64,000 nt of DNA from Argopecten irradians (GCF_041381155.1 NC_091134.1:61182902-61246901), one strand, 5' to 3'. Counted from the first letter of the stretch, positions 1-13,177 are shown. The notes: a model not told the origin generated them from the sequence alone. Translations and numbers: made by a program.

Positions 1-262
1 CTGGCCAGTATATAGATGTTATATGACCTTGTCAAGTATGTGACACACTACTGACCTAGTATATAGATGTTATAGACCTTGACAAGTATGACATACTGAC
101 TGCCAGTTATATGAGATGTTATGTGACCTTGTCAAGTATGACACACTGACTGGCACTATATAATGTTTATGGTGACCTTGTCAGTTATAACACACTGACT
201 GGTGGCCAGTATAGTAGATGTTATAACATGACCTTTGTCATATATAAACATACTGACTGGCA
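1..262. repeat. Tandem repeat, ~50-58 bp unit x ~5 (window-truncated). Diverged inverted relative of the 60-bp array at 7205-7555.
   Basis: Direct reading. Repeated units ctggccagtatatagatgttat..gaccttgtcaagtatg..acactgac. The reverse complement resembles the unit ..caagcttgacccataacactagtgct.. at 7205-7555. Confidence 0.75.
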
Positions 263-588
263 GATATAGAAGGGTCTGGATGAGGCTAAGAAGATCCTTC
301 TACTCATACTGCACTACCTACCCAAATCATGGACATTCAATTTCATTATCTTTGGAACAGGTAATATACTGACTAGATATGTTTCCTTGGGTTATTAAGT
401 TGGTTTTTAGGGCTGAACATTATGACAGTGAATCAATAATTATCAGAAAGTTAATCTTCATATCAATCATTTAAACAATTGCAAAGTAGTGTACGTAACT
501 TATACTATGGCTTTAGTAATTAGCATGCCCATTTGTCTCATCACAATATAAAAACCATTAGATTATTATCCGCTGCCCAACGAAGTTG

Positions 589-1245
589 GTGTAAAAATGT
601 GTCTTTTAAAGCCAAATATCGCCTAATACTGGCCAACGAAACGACTAAATACCCAATACTACCCAATACTACATGTAAATCACTAATTAAACATTTTTTA
701 TGACATAATCTATTTAATTATGTTAAATTAAAAAAAAATTGTCTTATAAAATGAGTTTTGTGTAAAAATGTGAGTTTTAAGGCCTAATATCGGCCAGAAA
801 TTACCCAATACTAGCTAACGAAACGACGAAATACCCAAAACTACCCAATACTATATGTAAATAACTTACTAACCATTCTTTTATGACATATTTTGTTTAT
901 CTATGTGAAATTAATATAAAGTTTGTCTTATAAAATCAGTTTTGTGTAAAAATGTGTCTTTTAAAGCCAAATATCGCTCAATACTGGCCAACGAAACGAC
1001 TAAATACCCAATACTACCCAATACTACATGTAAATCACTTATTTACCACGCTTTTGTGACATAATCTTTTTATTTATGTTAAGTTAAAATAGAGTTTGTC
1101 TTATATGACGACTTTTGTGTAAAAATGTGGGTTTTGAGGCCAAATATCGCCTATAAACACCCATATACCGCCAAACACATCTAAATGCCCAATACTACAC
1201 AATACTACATAAAAAGCAACTAATTTAGCATTTTATGCAACATTT
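589..1245 (+). repeat. Satellite array, ~178-bp unit x ~3.7 (unit contains gtgtaaaaatgtgtcttttaaagccaaatatcgcc...acccaatactacccaatactac). A partial copy lies at about 2790-2960.
   Basis: Units start near 589, 759, 942 and 1116 with >85% identity by eye. Confidence 0.85.
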
Positions 1246-2510
1246 CTAATTAATTTTGCTTTATGATAAATAAGTTTTACTTATAATGTACAATATACAA
1301 ATAATGTATCATTCATTTAATCCAAATTTCTAGTTTACATTATTCAAGGATTTAGAAGTGAGAGTCTTACTTATAAATCCTTGACATTATTATTTGAGTT
1401 ATATATGGCATAAAAAGTAATTTGTAAATGTAAAATAGATGATTTGCTTTGATATCCTTTACCCATAAATACCTGATATCACGCAACACAATGAGTCTAG
1501 ATACTACACAATACTACTTACACATTGTTTTGTTAAACTCTCCTAAGTATAATGTACATTATGTAACAATGTTATTTGTCAATAAAATGCGCGTGCTTGT
1601 CATCTACTGGGCTAGATATTGTTGTGGGAGTGGAAAAGGAATGACTTTCCTTGAGAGACAGCAGTCCACAATGTGACGGTTTATTACATTTTTGCTGTGA
1701 AATGCAAGGTTTTATTGTGAAAGTATACGGTATTTTCCAGTCGGGTAAAAATATCAAGTTTTGCATTTATTTGCAATACTTTTTTCATCTTTTATATCTA
1801 ATTTGGCACCAATAGGCTTCCGTATATTTATATCCTAAAAGTTATCAATTTATATTGTAAAAACGTCATTTTGTACGTTACAGGAATACACATGGTAAAA
1901 ATATGATTGGCTAGAAGTAGAAGATGGGATATGCATATTGCTCTATATACATTTTAATTTCCTGTCTTTAAGTCAACGTAAAACTATGAAAAATATTAAT
2001 AACCACTCTCAATTTCCATTTGCCGTTCCATTATCTATTTTGAGCAATACGGCAAATATTCTATTGCGAAACACAGGGATCATAAAATTAGTTATAGTTT
2101 ATATCAATATGGACCCGTTTTATTGGTATAGATCGAAAATCGGTAAAGTTTCTTTTTTTCATAGTATTGAGCATGTAAGAGGTCAGAGAAATCACTATAT
2201 ATTTGGAAATAAACACATAATCACGTGATCACTAGTTACCCAAAGTACAATTCCATATTTCAGCCAATGACACAAATGAGGAAGTAAGCATGGTACTTGT
2301 TTAACTAGGTTTTTTACTGCAGAAAAATGCACGTGTTTTGCACTTTTTTAGTGAAATTCTCTCGCGGATCGTGGTTTCATTTCCAAGGTTAGAAACAGAT
2401 TGAATTTCACAAATATAAATTTGTATCTATCTTGTTACAAGCGTTTGTTATATAAAGGCATCACGAATTTTAATACGGTTTTAATGGCCATGTACAATAT
2501 TGGTTCAACT

Positions 2511-2532
2511 GGGGGGGGGGGGGGGGGGGGGG
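2511..2532. repeat. Homopolymer (G)22
   Basis: 22 consecutive G read directly. Confidence 0.9.
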
Positions 2533-3595
2533 AATCCTCCCGGAATGAATTTGAATTTCATACATGTACAGTATAAATAAAGATTAAGATGAATTGATAG
2601 TATCATATCCTTATTTATTGAATACAAGGTCAGTATAGAGGCTAATTTAGCAAGTCTGACCATTATGTATGGATATACATGTTGCGATATATTCAGGTAC
2701 ATTTAGGAACCATTGGAGATATTTCATTAAGTTCTCAGTATGGGCTGTGCATCGAAATGAAGTTTGAAATGCTCAATGCTATCCAATACTGTAAACAACT
2801 TATTAACCACTCTTTTATGACATAATCTATCTAATTATGTTAAAATCAAGTATCTTTTACCTTCAATAATGAACTTGTTTTTACAAATGTGTGTTTTAAA
2901 GCCAAATTTCGCGCGGAAATAACCAATACACAATGAATTAATGCCCAATACTTCATAAAAACAACTAACATGATTAACAATCCTTTTGCCGTTTTTTTTC
3001 TTTTGTGTTTTGAATGATGTTTTGGTGTAAATTTATTTCAAAATTTGTAAGTCCTATACTGACTGAACCAAAATATAAATACCTAATAACTGTTTCAATT
3101 TCATACTCGGAAACAGGCTTTGAAGACTTTCTGACAGACGCAAAATAAGAAAACTTGCGTCTATAAATCGAGAGTAATTTAGCACCATACTACCTCCATG
3201 TCACTTCTTCCTCTAAAAGTTCTTTGATACATTCTTCTCTCCATGTGGGAAATGACTTGGATGAAGCGACTAGATCAACACCTTCATTAGCAACTTTTCA
3301 AATATGTACATCACGTAATTCTGATAAAAAATATCCAGCCAATTACGATTTTGGTGACAGATTCTTCAGATTTCTTTATTACTCTCTGACACACTTACGT
3401 GTGTAACAAGAGGTCAAATCAGTATAATACATTTTGACATGACGGAACACAGTCAACATAGCATTAGTATGATACAGAATATAATGGACTTATTGATCTA
3501 ATTATTATAAATTAATTTCTCTAATTTCTCAATAAACCTGCTAAGTTGCGAAAGAATACGTACGTTACACAGTGAGATTAGACCTTTCATTTTTG

Positions 3596-4400
3596 TTAGA
3601 TTAGGGTTCGTAAAATAATATTTTGGTATGTGTATTTGCCTAATTTGATGAACTGATATGTGAGTACAATTAAATAAGTAGTGAAATTCGTCACCAATAC
3701 CGTTGGAACAAAGGGGACAAATTCTTTCATTGCGGGTATATTAGCCCATCGTCCCGTTTCTATGGGCAAATGTAAATTAGAAGTACGTAATTTAACAATA
3801 TTTTTTCTATCTTTTTCATTCAGTTTCAATAGATAATTCTCCATTTGAAAATCGTTTTTAAAAACTGTATACATTTTACCTTTTGATGACAAATTCATAT
3901 CATTAAACCACCTTTGAATAAATTGATCCTTAAGTATTTGTTTAATGGTAAATTTTAAATATATTTTGTTCAATGTACAAGATTCCTGTATATTCCATAC
4001 AAAATTTAAGCCTGTCTCATAAAAAATATTTCGCACAAAATCGATCCATTTAAAACTTATGTTTCCATTTACATGCAATTGGTACATTAGTTTATATATT
4101 TTGCTTGACAATTTATCAGTGGAAATTAAATTATACCAAAACATGACCATTCTACATTTCACTTCAATACTCAACGGATATCTACTCAATTCACCATAGA
4201 CTATAAAGTTTGGTGTACTACGTCTCAAACCTAAGATACGTTTACAGAATTGCAAGTGATTTTTTTCAATAAGAAAATACAAATATTGTACATACAAAGT
4301 GAAGGCATCGATGTAGCCAGTTTTTCGATTTATTTCGAGTAAACATAGCTCACCAACAGTCCAAATTGTATCGTAGTCATATGTGTGAGAATGCCTATCA
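3596..4400 (-). mobile_element. Non-LTR retrotransposon (LINE, CR1/L2-like) ORF2 C-terminal fragment
   Basis: The 233-aa ORF contains ..ILGLRRSTPNFIVYGELSRYPL.. and ..KLRTSNLHLPIETGRW... These are motifs typical of the region downstream of RT in CR1/L2-type LINE pol proteins. There is no upstream RT or EN, so it is a fragment. Confidence 0.6.
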
Positions 4401-5914
4401 TAATTTTTTTATTTCACCGAAAAACTTTAATTACTAATGCATATTTACTATGATTTTTAAACGAAACTTACTATAAATCCAATATGCGTGGGTTGATAAG
4501 TTGGTTGAAATGCTTGTTACCGCGAGAGTCATTACACATTATTAATATACTTTTGGCATTTCATTATAGTTACATGTTACATTTACTCCAGTGAGTGTAA
4601 TAAAAGATTTCTTTTTCATATTAACGGCGGACAAAAGTAATTTGACTAAATATTAACTATCTAAATATCTGGTATAATGCGATTACTAGTCCGCTAAACC
4701 TGCCTATATTATTAGGCTTTTTTATTTATTTTTTTTTTGCCTAATATATAGTCTATATATTAGGCAAAAAAAATTAAAAAGCCGACGTCAATTTCTCATT
4801 TTTTCTTCATAATTCCACAGGCGAAAATAAAAATGTGTCTATCTTCAGTATTGAACATATTCAAGTCATATCATTTCGGATAAAAGTATCATTTTACACA
4901 TTTCAGATACATTGTGCAATTTTAGAAATAGATTACACAGTGTATGAAGATATCTTATAAAGTATATAAAATATCTTATATATATGCAGTGAAATTAAGG
5001 ATCGACATTGCTCTTTGAATAAATGTCATGTTGGCTTGCCATAAGATTGATTTGTTTAATTTCTTAGCTTCAGAGTCTTTTATCACTGAATATATTTCCT
5101 TTCTATAACAAGCGACTATACAGTGTCCTCGCAAGCAACTATACATCGCCAGTTTCAAAACAATGCAAGTGACTATACAATTTTAACTAATCATCCTACA
5201 ACTTCAAAATTCGATTAAGTAAAAGATATGGTGTCCATTGATATATATTGATATGTGTTTTATATTGTTAGATTCACCTTAGATGGTGCTTGAAAGAATG
5301 GAAGTCATACAGAATACCTTAAAATTGTGCAAAATATTAGGCGGGCGTCTTAATTCTTCGATGATGAACAGCAGATCAACTCTCGAAATGTGTCTGAAAC
5401 GTTAATGCTGATTAACCCTCAACATCTCATTAGTCACTGGTAGTTCAAATTGCTATCCATGACGCCATTTATAACTGAAAATTACAAAAAAAAAATGTAT
5501 AGAATAAATGAAATTGGCAAAAATTATCCACTATCCATTGTCTTAGCAAGTGATCGAGTACCGCTATACAGACTCGCAACTACGAAATTTAAAAAATACT
5601 ATTTATACACTTCCGTTCATACACTCTGGATTCGTTCATGTCCAATGTTAGAGATCAAGTAACCAATGAGAATTCAGCCTTGTCAATCACTTGATGATTA
5701 TAATGACTGACACCTGTAATTAGTGTCCGCTAGCCAATGATATGTTTGAAGAGGAGGGGCCTAGAGTCGAGCACCTGTCAATTATACCTGACTGATCAAA
5801 GGGGACGTCCACGGACAAATGCCGTAATTTTTCTACACCGTGTATTTTGTAAAAAGATTAATTATAAAGTTTGAATGGATTTCTACGAAATTTTAGTAGA
5901 AAAAAATCGCGTTA

Positions 5915-5996
5915 TTGCACAAAACTTTGGCGTTGTTACGCGAAACTTTGGCGTTATTACGCAAAACTATCGCGTTATTACGCAAAATGTACATTA
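5915..5996. repeat. 20-21 bp tandem repeat x4 (cgcgttattacgcaaaacttt)
   Basis: Direct reading. Confidence 0.8.
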
Positions 5997-6654
5997 TACG
6001 TATGATGGTTAGCACACATTTTTGTAGCTATCAGAAAATAATCAACAACTTTCAAACCAAACGGTTATTACATGATCAATGGTGCAAAAACGTGTGCATT
6101 TGATGAGGCAAATATTTATTTTATGGTGTTATACCACCCTAATTAATTTACATTGTGTAAATTATGAATGAGGTCGTATACATAATCGGACATCATTTTT
6201 TATATTCTACCTGGGTAATATAACACCATATGCATATTAAACGAATTCGAATCGGTCCCTAATTTTTACATTAGATGTGTAGTTTCTCTGAAAAATATCA
6301 ATTGGATTATTTGAGGTGCTTGAAGGATGGCCATAGGACACTACCCTGGTGAACTCAACGTTTGGACATTGGAGTTAAAAATTACAATATCTATGCGAAT
6401 ATGACGGCACAACACTAATATTAGATGATATTTTTGAAAAAGGTAAACAAAAACTTAAATGTCATATTCCTAACAACGGTAACAACCATTTTTTCCAATG
6501 ATTTTCAAATTTCTTTTGAAGAGTATCGCTTTTATTAAAAACTATATATTTTTGGATACGGTAGTGATATTTTATAACATTTACATGTGCATTTACATTA
6601 AACGTTTTATGGAGACACTTTGTTTTATAAATATAGTGCTTAATAATTCTCACT

Positions 6655-7135
6655 TGCAACCACTGTAGTTTCGAACACACATTTTTACACAAAACTCATT
6701 TTATAAGACAAACTTTATTTTAATTTAACATAGACAAATAGAAAATGTCATAAAAAAATGGTTAGTAAGTTATTTACATATAGTATTGGGTAGTATTGGG
6801 TATTTCGTCGTTTCGTTAGCTAGTATTGGGTAATTTCCGGCCGATATTTGGCCTCAGAACCCACATTTTTACACAAAACTCATTTCATAAGACAAATTTT
6901 ATTTAAATTTAATATAAATAAATAGATTATGTCATAAAAGGATGTTTAATTAGTGATTTACATATAGTATTGGGTAGTATTGGGTATTTAGTCGTTTCGT
7001 TGGCCAGTATTGGGCGATATTTGGCTTTAACACACTCATTTTTACACAAAACTCATTTTTAAAGGCAAAATATAGTTTAATTGAATGGTATTGATTATAT
7101 AAAGTCCCAAAACAATGATTTATTAGCTATTTACA
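6655..7135 (-). repeat. Same ~178-bp satellite family as 589-1245, in inverted orientation, x ~2.7
   Basis: The reverse complement of the units matches gtgtaaaaatgtg...acccaatactacccaatac. Confidence 0.85.
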
Positions 7136-7200
7136 GGTAGTATTGGGTAGTATTGGGTAGTATTGGGTGGTATTGGGTAGTATTGGGTAGTATTGGGTAT
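7136..7200. repeat. Microsatellite (GTAGTATTGG)n x6. This is an expansion of the 10-bp motif found inside the 178-bp satellite unit.
   Basis: gtagtattgggtagtattgg... read directly. The motif is the reverse complement of cccaatactac. Confidence 0.9.
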
Positions 7201-7204
7201 TTAG

Positions 7205-7555
7205 CCGCGCCGCAGGTAGACACATCAAGTGTTGACAAGCTTGATCCATAACACTAGTGCTTATGCTCTGTACAGGTAGGCACATCAAGTGTTGATATGC
7301 TTGACCCATAACGCTAGTGCTTAAGCTCTGTACAGGTAGACACATCAAGTGTTGGCAAGCTTGACCCATAGCACTAGTGCTAAAGCTCTATACAGGTAAG
7401 TACATATTGTTGATATGCTTGACCCATAACGCTAGTGCTTAAGATCTATACAGGTAAGTACATCAAGTGTTGGCAAGCTTGACCCATAACACTAGTGCTA
7501 AAGCTCTATACAGGTAAGTACATATTGTTGTTGCTTGACCCATAACGCTAATGAT
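7205..7555 (-). repeat. Tandem repeat, ~60-bp unit x6 (ctgtacaggtagacacatcaagtgttggcaagcttgacccataacactagtgctaaagct)
   Basis: Six consecutive units read directly. Confidence 0.85.
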
Positions 7556-8175
7556 ATCTTGTTAGGAAATTAATTCAAAATAAGTTGATCTATTTGATTG
7601 GTCTCAATAGTGCTGTCATAAAAAGGCAATATGTACAGTCAAAATTGTGGTTAATCTGAATGTACTGCAATCTATGAAATTTCTTGCAGGGATGCAGTTA
7701 AGTTGTTGGTTGTACTGTATGTACCTGAAAATTTGTGATTGATATATCATTTTATGCTGCAACTGTCCCACAAACTGACCGATAACTACGGCCGGATAAA
7801 CTTCTGCTATATCTGTCAATATGAAATGCTTTAGGGGATCCGTCAATGCAATCACTTGAATATGTTACACATTTGACAAAACTTTTTCTTATTTGACCGA
7901 TAACTTTAACCTTCAGGTGAATGGAACGTCATTCAGTCCCACTAAAAGGTGACATCACATTCACCGGAATTACGTCATTCTTATGATATTGCAAATCTTG
8001 TATAGCGCTTATATATTTCCCACGTTAGTAAAAGGAGTAGGTACACTCTCATTCGGTTATTAAATAAGTGAATGAATCTCTTCCTCCGCATCAAAGAAGT
8101 GTTTCACTTCGAGCAAAACCAAGTAAATAACTGGCAATTTGCTTTCTTTTTGAATGTCATAATGGTTGCAGGATA

Positions 8176-8328
8176 AACAGAATACATGGTTAGTATCTTA
8201 TAATACAAGTTTTATTTTGGTGCTCAACACGGAAAGCCAAGATGACTTGGCACAGCCTTGTCATCTCGGCTTTCTTAAGTCTCACACCAAAATAAATCTT
8301 GTGTTGTAAGATACTAACCATGTATTCT
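8176..8328. repeat. ~150-bp foldback. It has 30-bp terminal inverted repeats (acagaatacatggttagtatcttataatacaag / cttgtgttgtaagatactaaccatgtattct) and a nested inner palindrome (gaaagccaagatgac / gtcatctcggctttc).
   Basis: The reverse complement of the right arm equals the left arm apart from 2-3 mismatches. The inner palindrome was verified by eye. Confidence 0.7.
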
Positions 8329-8559
8329 CTATATATGTAAAGGGTATATTTACATGTCCATTGCATAATATCGAAAAATTAATTAATCAGCTTCATGTTT
8401 CAGTCACAGAAGTGCAAATATTGGTTGTTATATTTCTGAAATTGATGTGTTACGTGCTTAGGCTACCTTTACATTTTCTTCCTGGTCTGCTAGCATGCAT
8501 TACTTAAAATTGGAAAGTAGCTAAATAAATTTTATATTTTATTTCTATTTCAATTGCAG

Positions 8560-8747
8560 TCTGTAGATGCTAACATGGGAAATACAGATCTGTACCGACC
8601 TCTGCACTCATTTTACCTTTTAAAGCCGGAGAATGCATTACGGAATATTTTCCTTGTGTCTGATGGACATATCAACCACAAAGATGTTACCATGGATACA
8701 GTACACAAAAACTCCCAACATACACGGGTGTTCACCTTTGGTGTCAG
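8560..8747 (+). CDS. Gene A exon (vWA domain middle: SVDANMGNTDLYRPLHSFYLLKPENALRNIFLVSDGHINHKDVTMDTVHKNSQHTRVFTFGV)
   Basis: Acceptor caattgcag| and donor gtgtcag|gtctga. It holds the vWA MIDAS-region motifs GxT and the hydrophobic-DG strand. It is phase 0 in and phase 2 out. Confidence 0.7.
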
Positions 8748-9275
8748 GTCTGAAACAAATCATTCTTTAAAAAATTCAACACTTATCATTGGAAAATTTG
8801 GGTAGTAGACTTAGAATATTGATTCAATAGTATTTAGTAATTAGACTGATGTGGGAGACCAATAGTAACCTTAGTGTCCATCTATATGTCTAAAACTAAA
8901 ACAAAAATTGTCCCATTTCAGTAAAAATTGGTATACAGGAGTATTTGCAGGGGTTACTAGTCATTTACTACTAACTACAGCTAAGGGGTCAACTATATGG
9001 GGTCAGGGCCATTACTGTTGGATTTCAGTTTTCTAATAAGTTTTACTACGATAACCAAATATGATATTGACTTCCCAATCACTAGTCAGTTTTAGTGAGG
9101 ATGATGTTTTAGTGATTTCACGTGCATGTGATTTAATTTGATTCGTAAATTGATTGTACATATTTCACATTTTTTCATCTGCAGGAAAAGGCCATGTAGT
9201 GTACTTACCTGGCAATTTTAAAGTTATCTTGGTATTGAATGTCTCCCCTCCTTAAAATCACCACCTTTTTGGATT

Positions 9276-10935
9276 TTTAGCCCACCATCATCAGATGGTG
9301 GGCTATTTAAATCACCTTTTGTCTGTGGTCCGTCGTCCGTCCGTCCGTCCTTCTTTCCGTCCGTCCGTCCGTTAACAATTCTTGTTACCGCTATTTCTCA
9401 GAAAGTACTGAAGTGATCTTTCTCAAATTTCATATGTAGGTTCCCCTATGGCCCTAGTTGTGCATATTGCATTTTGGGACTGATCAGTTAACAAGATGGC
9501 TGCAAGGTGGCCATCTTGGATTTTGGTAGTTAAAGTTTGTTACCGCTATTTCTCAAAAAGTGCAGAAGGGATCTTTCTCAAATTTTATATGTAGGTTCCC
9601 CTAGGACCCTAGTTGTGCATTTTGCATTTTGGGACGGATCGGTCAACAAGATGGCCGACAGGTGGCCATCTTGGATTTTGGTAGTTAAAGTTTGTTACCG
9701 CTATTTCTCAAAAAGTGCAGAAGGGATCTTTCTCAAATTTTATATGTAGGTTCCCCTATGGCCCTAGTTGTGCATATTGCATTTTGGGACCGTTCGGTCA
9801 AAAATATGGCCGACAGGCGGCCATCTTGGATTTTGATAGTTGAAGTTTATTACCGCTATTTCTCAGAAAGTACTGAAGGGATCTTTCTCAAATTTCATAT
9901 GTAGGTTCCCCTGGGACCCTAGTTGTGCATATTGCATTTTGGGACCGATCGGTCAACAAGATGGCCAACAGGCGGCCATCTTTGATTTTGGTAGTTAAAG
10001 TTTGTTACCGCTATTTCTCAAAAAGTGCTGAAGGGATCTTTCTCAAATTTTATATGTAGGTTCCCCTAGGACCCTAGTTGTGCATATTGCATTTTGGGAC
10101 CGATCGGTCAACAAGATGGCCAACAGGCGGCCATCTTTGATTTTGGTAGTTAAAGTTTGTTACCGCTATTTCTCAAAAAGTGCTGAAGGGATCTTTCTCA
10201 AATTTTATATGTAGGTTCCCCTAGGACCCTAGTTGTGCATATTGCATTTTGGGACCGATCGGTCAACAAGATGGCTGACATGCGACCATCTTGGATTTTT
10301 ATAGTTAAAGTTTGTTACCGCTATTTCTCAGAAAGTACTGAAGGGATCTTTCTCAAATTTCATATGTATGTTCCCCTAGGGCCCTAGTTGTGCATATTGC
10401 ATTTTGGGACCGATCGGTCAACAAGATGGCTGCCATGCAGCTATCATGGATTTTTATAGTTAAAGTTTTTTATTGCTTTTTCTCAGAAAGTATTGAAGGG
10501 ATCTGTCTCAAATTTCATATGTAGGTACCCCTAGGTCCCTAGTTGTGCATATTGTGTTTTGGGACCGATCGGTCAACAAGATGGCCACCTGGCAGCCATC
10601 TTGGATTTTGATAGTTAAAGTTTGTTATTGCTATTTCTAAAAAAGTACTGAAGGGATCTCTCTCAAATTGTATATGCAGGTTCCCCTAGGGCCCTAGTTG
10701 TGCATATTGCATTTTGTAACTATTAGGTCAACAAGATGGCTGCACAGCCGCCATCTTGGATTTCATCGTTGAAGTTTGTTACCACTATTTCTTAGAAAGT
10801 ACTATAGCGATCTATCTCAAATTTTATATGTAGTGTGTTTGAAAAAGTTTGAAAAGCAGGGAAAAGATCCCTCTTTCCATTGTCAGACATAGATAATTCT
10901 TTGGTGGGCGCCAAGATCCCTCTGGGATCTCTTGT
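9276..10935 (-). mobile_element. HINE/DINE-1-like non-autonomous element carrying satellite B. On the + strand it reads, in order:
- TTTAG + hairpin (agcccaccatcatcagatggtgggct)
- (CCGT)n microsatellite 9319-9372
- ~155-bp satellite B x ~9.5 (9383-10835)
- palindromic tail (agatccctctgggatct)
   Basis: Direct reading. The order of hairpin, tetranucleotide microsatellite and tandem array matches the 3-prime to 5-prime layout reported for Helentron-associated HINEs. Confidence 0.6.
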
Positions 10936-11002
10936 TAAGGCAATGTGGTTTTCACTAATTACTACATCTTATTTCTCATATTTTTCATATTTTTATCAAC
11001 AG

Positions 11003-11102
11003 CAGTGTAATGAATCGCCACTTGCTTGGAGCTCTTGCTCGCGTTGGGGCAGGTGCCTTTGAGGGATTTGATAGTAAAGCAAAATCAAAATGGGAAGGCA
11101 AG
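11003..11102 (+). CDS. Gene A exon (S(S)VMNRHLLGALARVGAGAFEGFDSKAKSKWEGK). NAGNAG acceptor at 11002/11005.
   Basis: Acceptor tatcaacag(cag)| and donor ggcaag|gtaaac. The phase is consistent with the previous exon. The peptide resembles the VWA5A region ARASGGTSEFITGKDRMQSK. Confidence 0.65.
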
Positions 11103-11324
11103 GTAAACTGTATTTCTATAAAACTTGGAAGTTTGAAAGTATAAAGTCTTGTTGAGAATGAAATTTTTATTCTTTTATAAAGAAACATGATAAAGTAATA
11201 GTCCTGCTAAGCAGTCCAACAGCAATGTTAACGAAAGTTCTATAATTACATTGTAAATTTTTGCTCCAATTACACATTCTGCTATGTGATAATAGACCTA
11301 AGGAGCTTAATTCATTCACTTGTG

Positions 11325-11590
11325 TTTTTAAGCCCAGCATCATCAGATGATGAGTTAAGTCATATCTTTTTTGCCAGCTATAGTTCTCTGAAATTGTTCT
11401 CAAAAGTTCTGAAAGTATCTTTTCCAAGAGTTTTTAACAATTCAAGTTTGTTATTGCTTCTTCTCAAAATACTGTGTGTTTCTATATCCCTATTGATCTC
11501 TAGGTGTGTGTATTCCATTTTGGAATTGATTTAGAAAACAAAGCCAACTGCAGGTGGCTATCTTAGTTTTGATAATTTAAGTATTAAATG
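11325..11590 (-). mobile_element. Degenerate solo copy of the same element type, with a hairpin remnant (ttaagcccagcatcatcagatgatgag) and about one diverged satellite-B monomer
   Basis: The monomer gttattgcttcttctcaaaatactg...caactgcaggtggctatcttagttttg aligns to the satellite-B unit gttaccgctatttctcaaaaagtg...caagatggccgacaggtggccatcttggattttg. Confidence 0.5.
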
Positions 11591-11868
11591 TTTCCACAAT
11601 AACCACATCTCAAAAGATGTTGGATTATTTATGGTCTAATATTACAAGTTTGCTCCCATTGTCCTTACCTTAGTATTGTTTATACATGTACTCCATTTTA
11701 GGGTCATATGAAAACCAAAACAGGAGAGAAATGAAAAAAGTATAGCTGATATATATAGGTCCTTGATTTAACCGATATCACATTATTCAGTTATGAACCA
11801 TAAGATCCCTCAGATCTCTTGCTAAAATATATACAATACTACATGTACATCATTATATCTGTTTCCAG

Positions 11869-12036
11869 GTGAAGTCACAGATTGCTAAGGCGGGTCAGCC
11901 TGGTTTGACATCAGTTGCTGTCTCTTGGCAACAGGAAGATGGTGCCCCGCCTCCAAAACAAGCACCCAATCAAATCACAGCTCTGTTTAGTGGATCAAGG
12001 ATGGTTGTTTACGGATTTGTAAAGAACTGTTCCAGT
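11869..12036 (+). CDS. Gene A exon (VKSQIAKAGQPGLTSVAVSWQQEDGAPPPKQAPNQITALFSGSRMVVYGFVKNCSS)
   Basis: Acceptor gtttccag| and donor ccagt|gtaagt. It resembles VWA5A ..VSLSWHLPPG..IFRGQRLISYAQL. Confidence 0.7.
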
Positions 12037-12151
12037 GTAAGTTGTTTGTCTATGATTTCCTGTAAGCCTTTGGGAGTCAGAAGTTGACAACCCTTTAATA
12101 ACATGTAACTGTCATATGTTATACAGTTCTATGTAAAACAAACTGGTTACT

Positions 12152-12927
12152 CAGTATTGCCAACTCACTCGATTTCTCCGGGTTGACCCGTTTTTTTAGA
12201 CATTTTAGAATGCATAACCTGATTGACCCGTCTGGTCATCAAATAACTTGATTTTCAGCACTTGTACAAAAGTGTCAAAAAGCTCACAAAAATCACGTCA
12301 GATAAAGCCATAAGCGCAATTTTAATTACATCTCAGGGCTTTAGACTCATATCGGCCTTTGTATAATGCAGGTAGCTATGTTTGTGTTTACACAAACTTT
12401 CATAAAGGTGTGAAATTGTAGCAATTAATCTATTCAGTCATGCATCACAATGTCTATGATCGTTTTTAGCAAGAGCCAGCTAGCAAAATCAGACATGGCC
12501 ATTTAATACTCTTCAAAATCAGTAATAATCTTTTCAAAACTCTTCAAGATTTACTCACATAAATAAAACATAGTCACGTGAACGGTATCCTAGCTGTTGA
12601 AGTAGGCAGACAAGCTAATCATAATGGCTGCCATTTTGTTTAGTCAAAGACAATAGTGAAACCAGACAAAAATCCGGATTTATTTAATAAATATTTAAAA
12701 GATTTTTTAATAATTTTCTTTATTAATTATCAGATATTAATTTCATTATTACAAAAATATTCATAAATATTATTGAATAACAATATGAATATCATAAATA
12801 TATGCATATTCTAGGCTTTAAAAAAGTGTTTAAAATTTCACTCAAATGACCCTTGTTTTGACCCTTTCACCCGTTTTTTCAAGGGTGATCACCTGATTTG
12901 ACCTCATCAGAGGTTGTTGGCAATACT
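12152..12927. mobile_element. MITE candidate, ~775 bp, terminal inverted repeats cagtattgccaac...gttggcaatactg
   Basis: 13-bp perfect TIRs read directly, with subterminal gacccg/cgggtcaa-like repeats. The TSD is not clear. Confidence 0.4.
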
Positions 12928-13177
12928 GGTTTCTGACTGCATAAAATATTATTTAGAAAAGAAGTATTAATATTGTAATTAAGTGTATTTGTGATGTCTA
13001 CTGATGATAGTTTTCTGGGCATTGTGTGAACCACACCTGACATTACTCACCAGTCATATACAGGTGATGCAGTGCTTATATAAGAAATTACCCGCCAACT
13101 CTGTATAGATTGTCTGTAAACTGATTCCATCGCAACATTTAAGGTTCTATTAAGAAAATGTTTTGTTTCTTCTGCAG

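Noticed and set aside
2511-2532. (G)22 tract as a functional G-quadruplex or regulatory element
   Set aside because: It could equally be a homopolymer sequencing or assembly artefact. A second (G)10 lies inside a decayed element head at about 26950. I listed it as a repeat only.
3596-4297. 233-aa minus-strand ORF as a possible host gene
   Set aside because: Its motifs are those of a LINE ORF2 C-terminus. It is truncated, with no RT or EN upstream, and sits inside the inverted satellite complex. I called it a transposon fragment.
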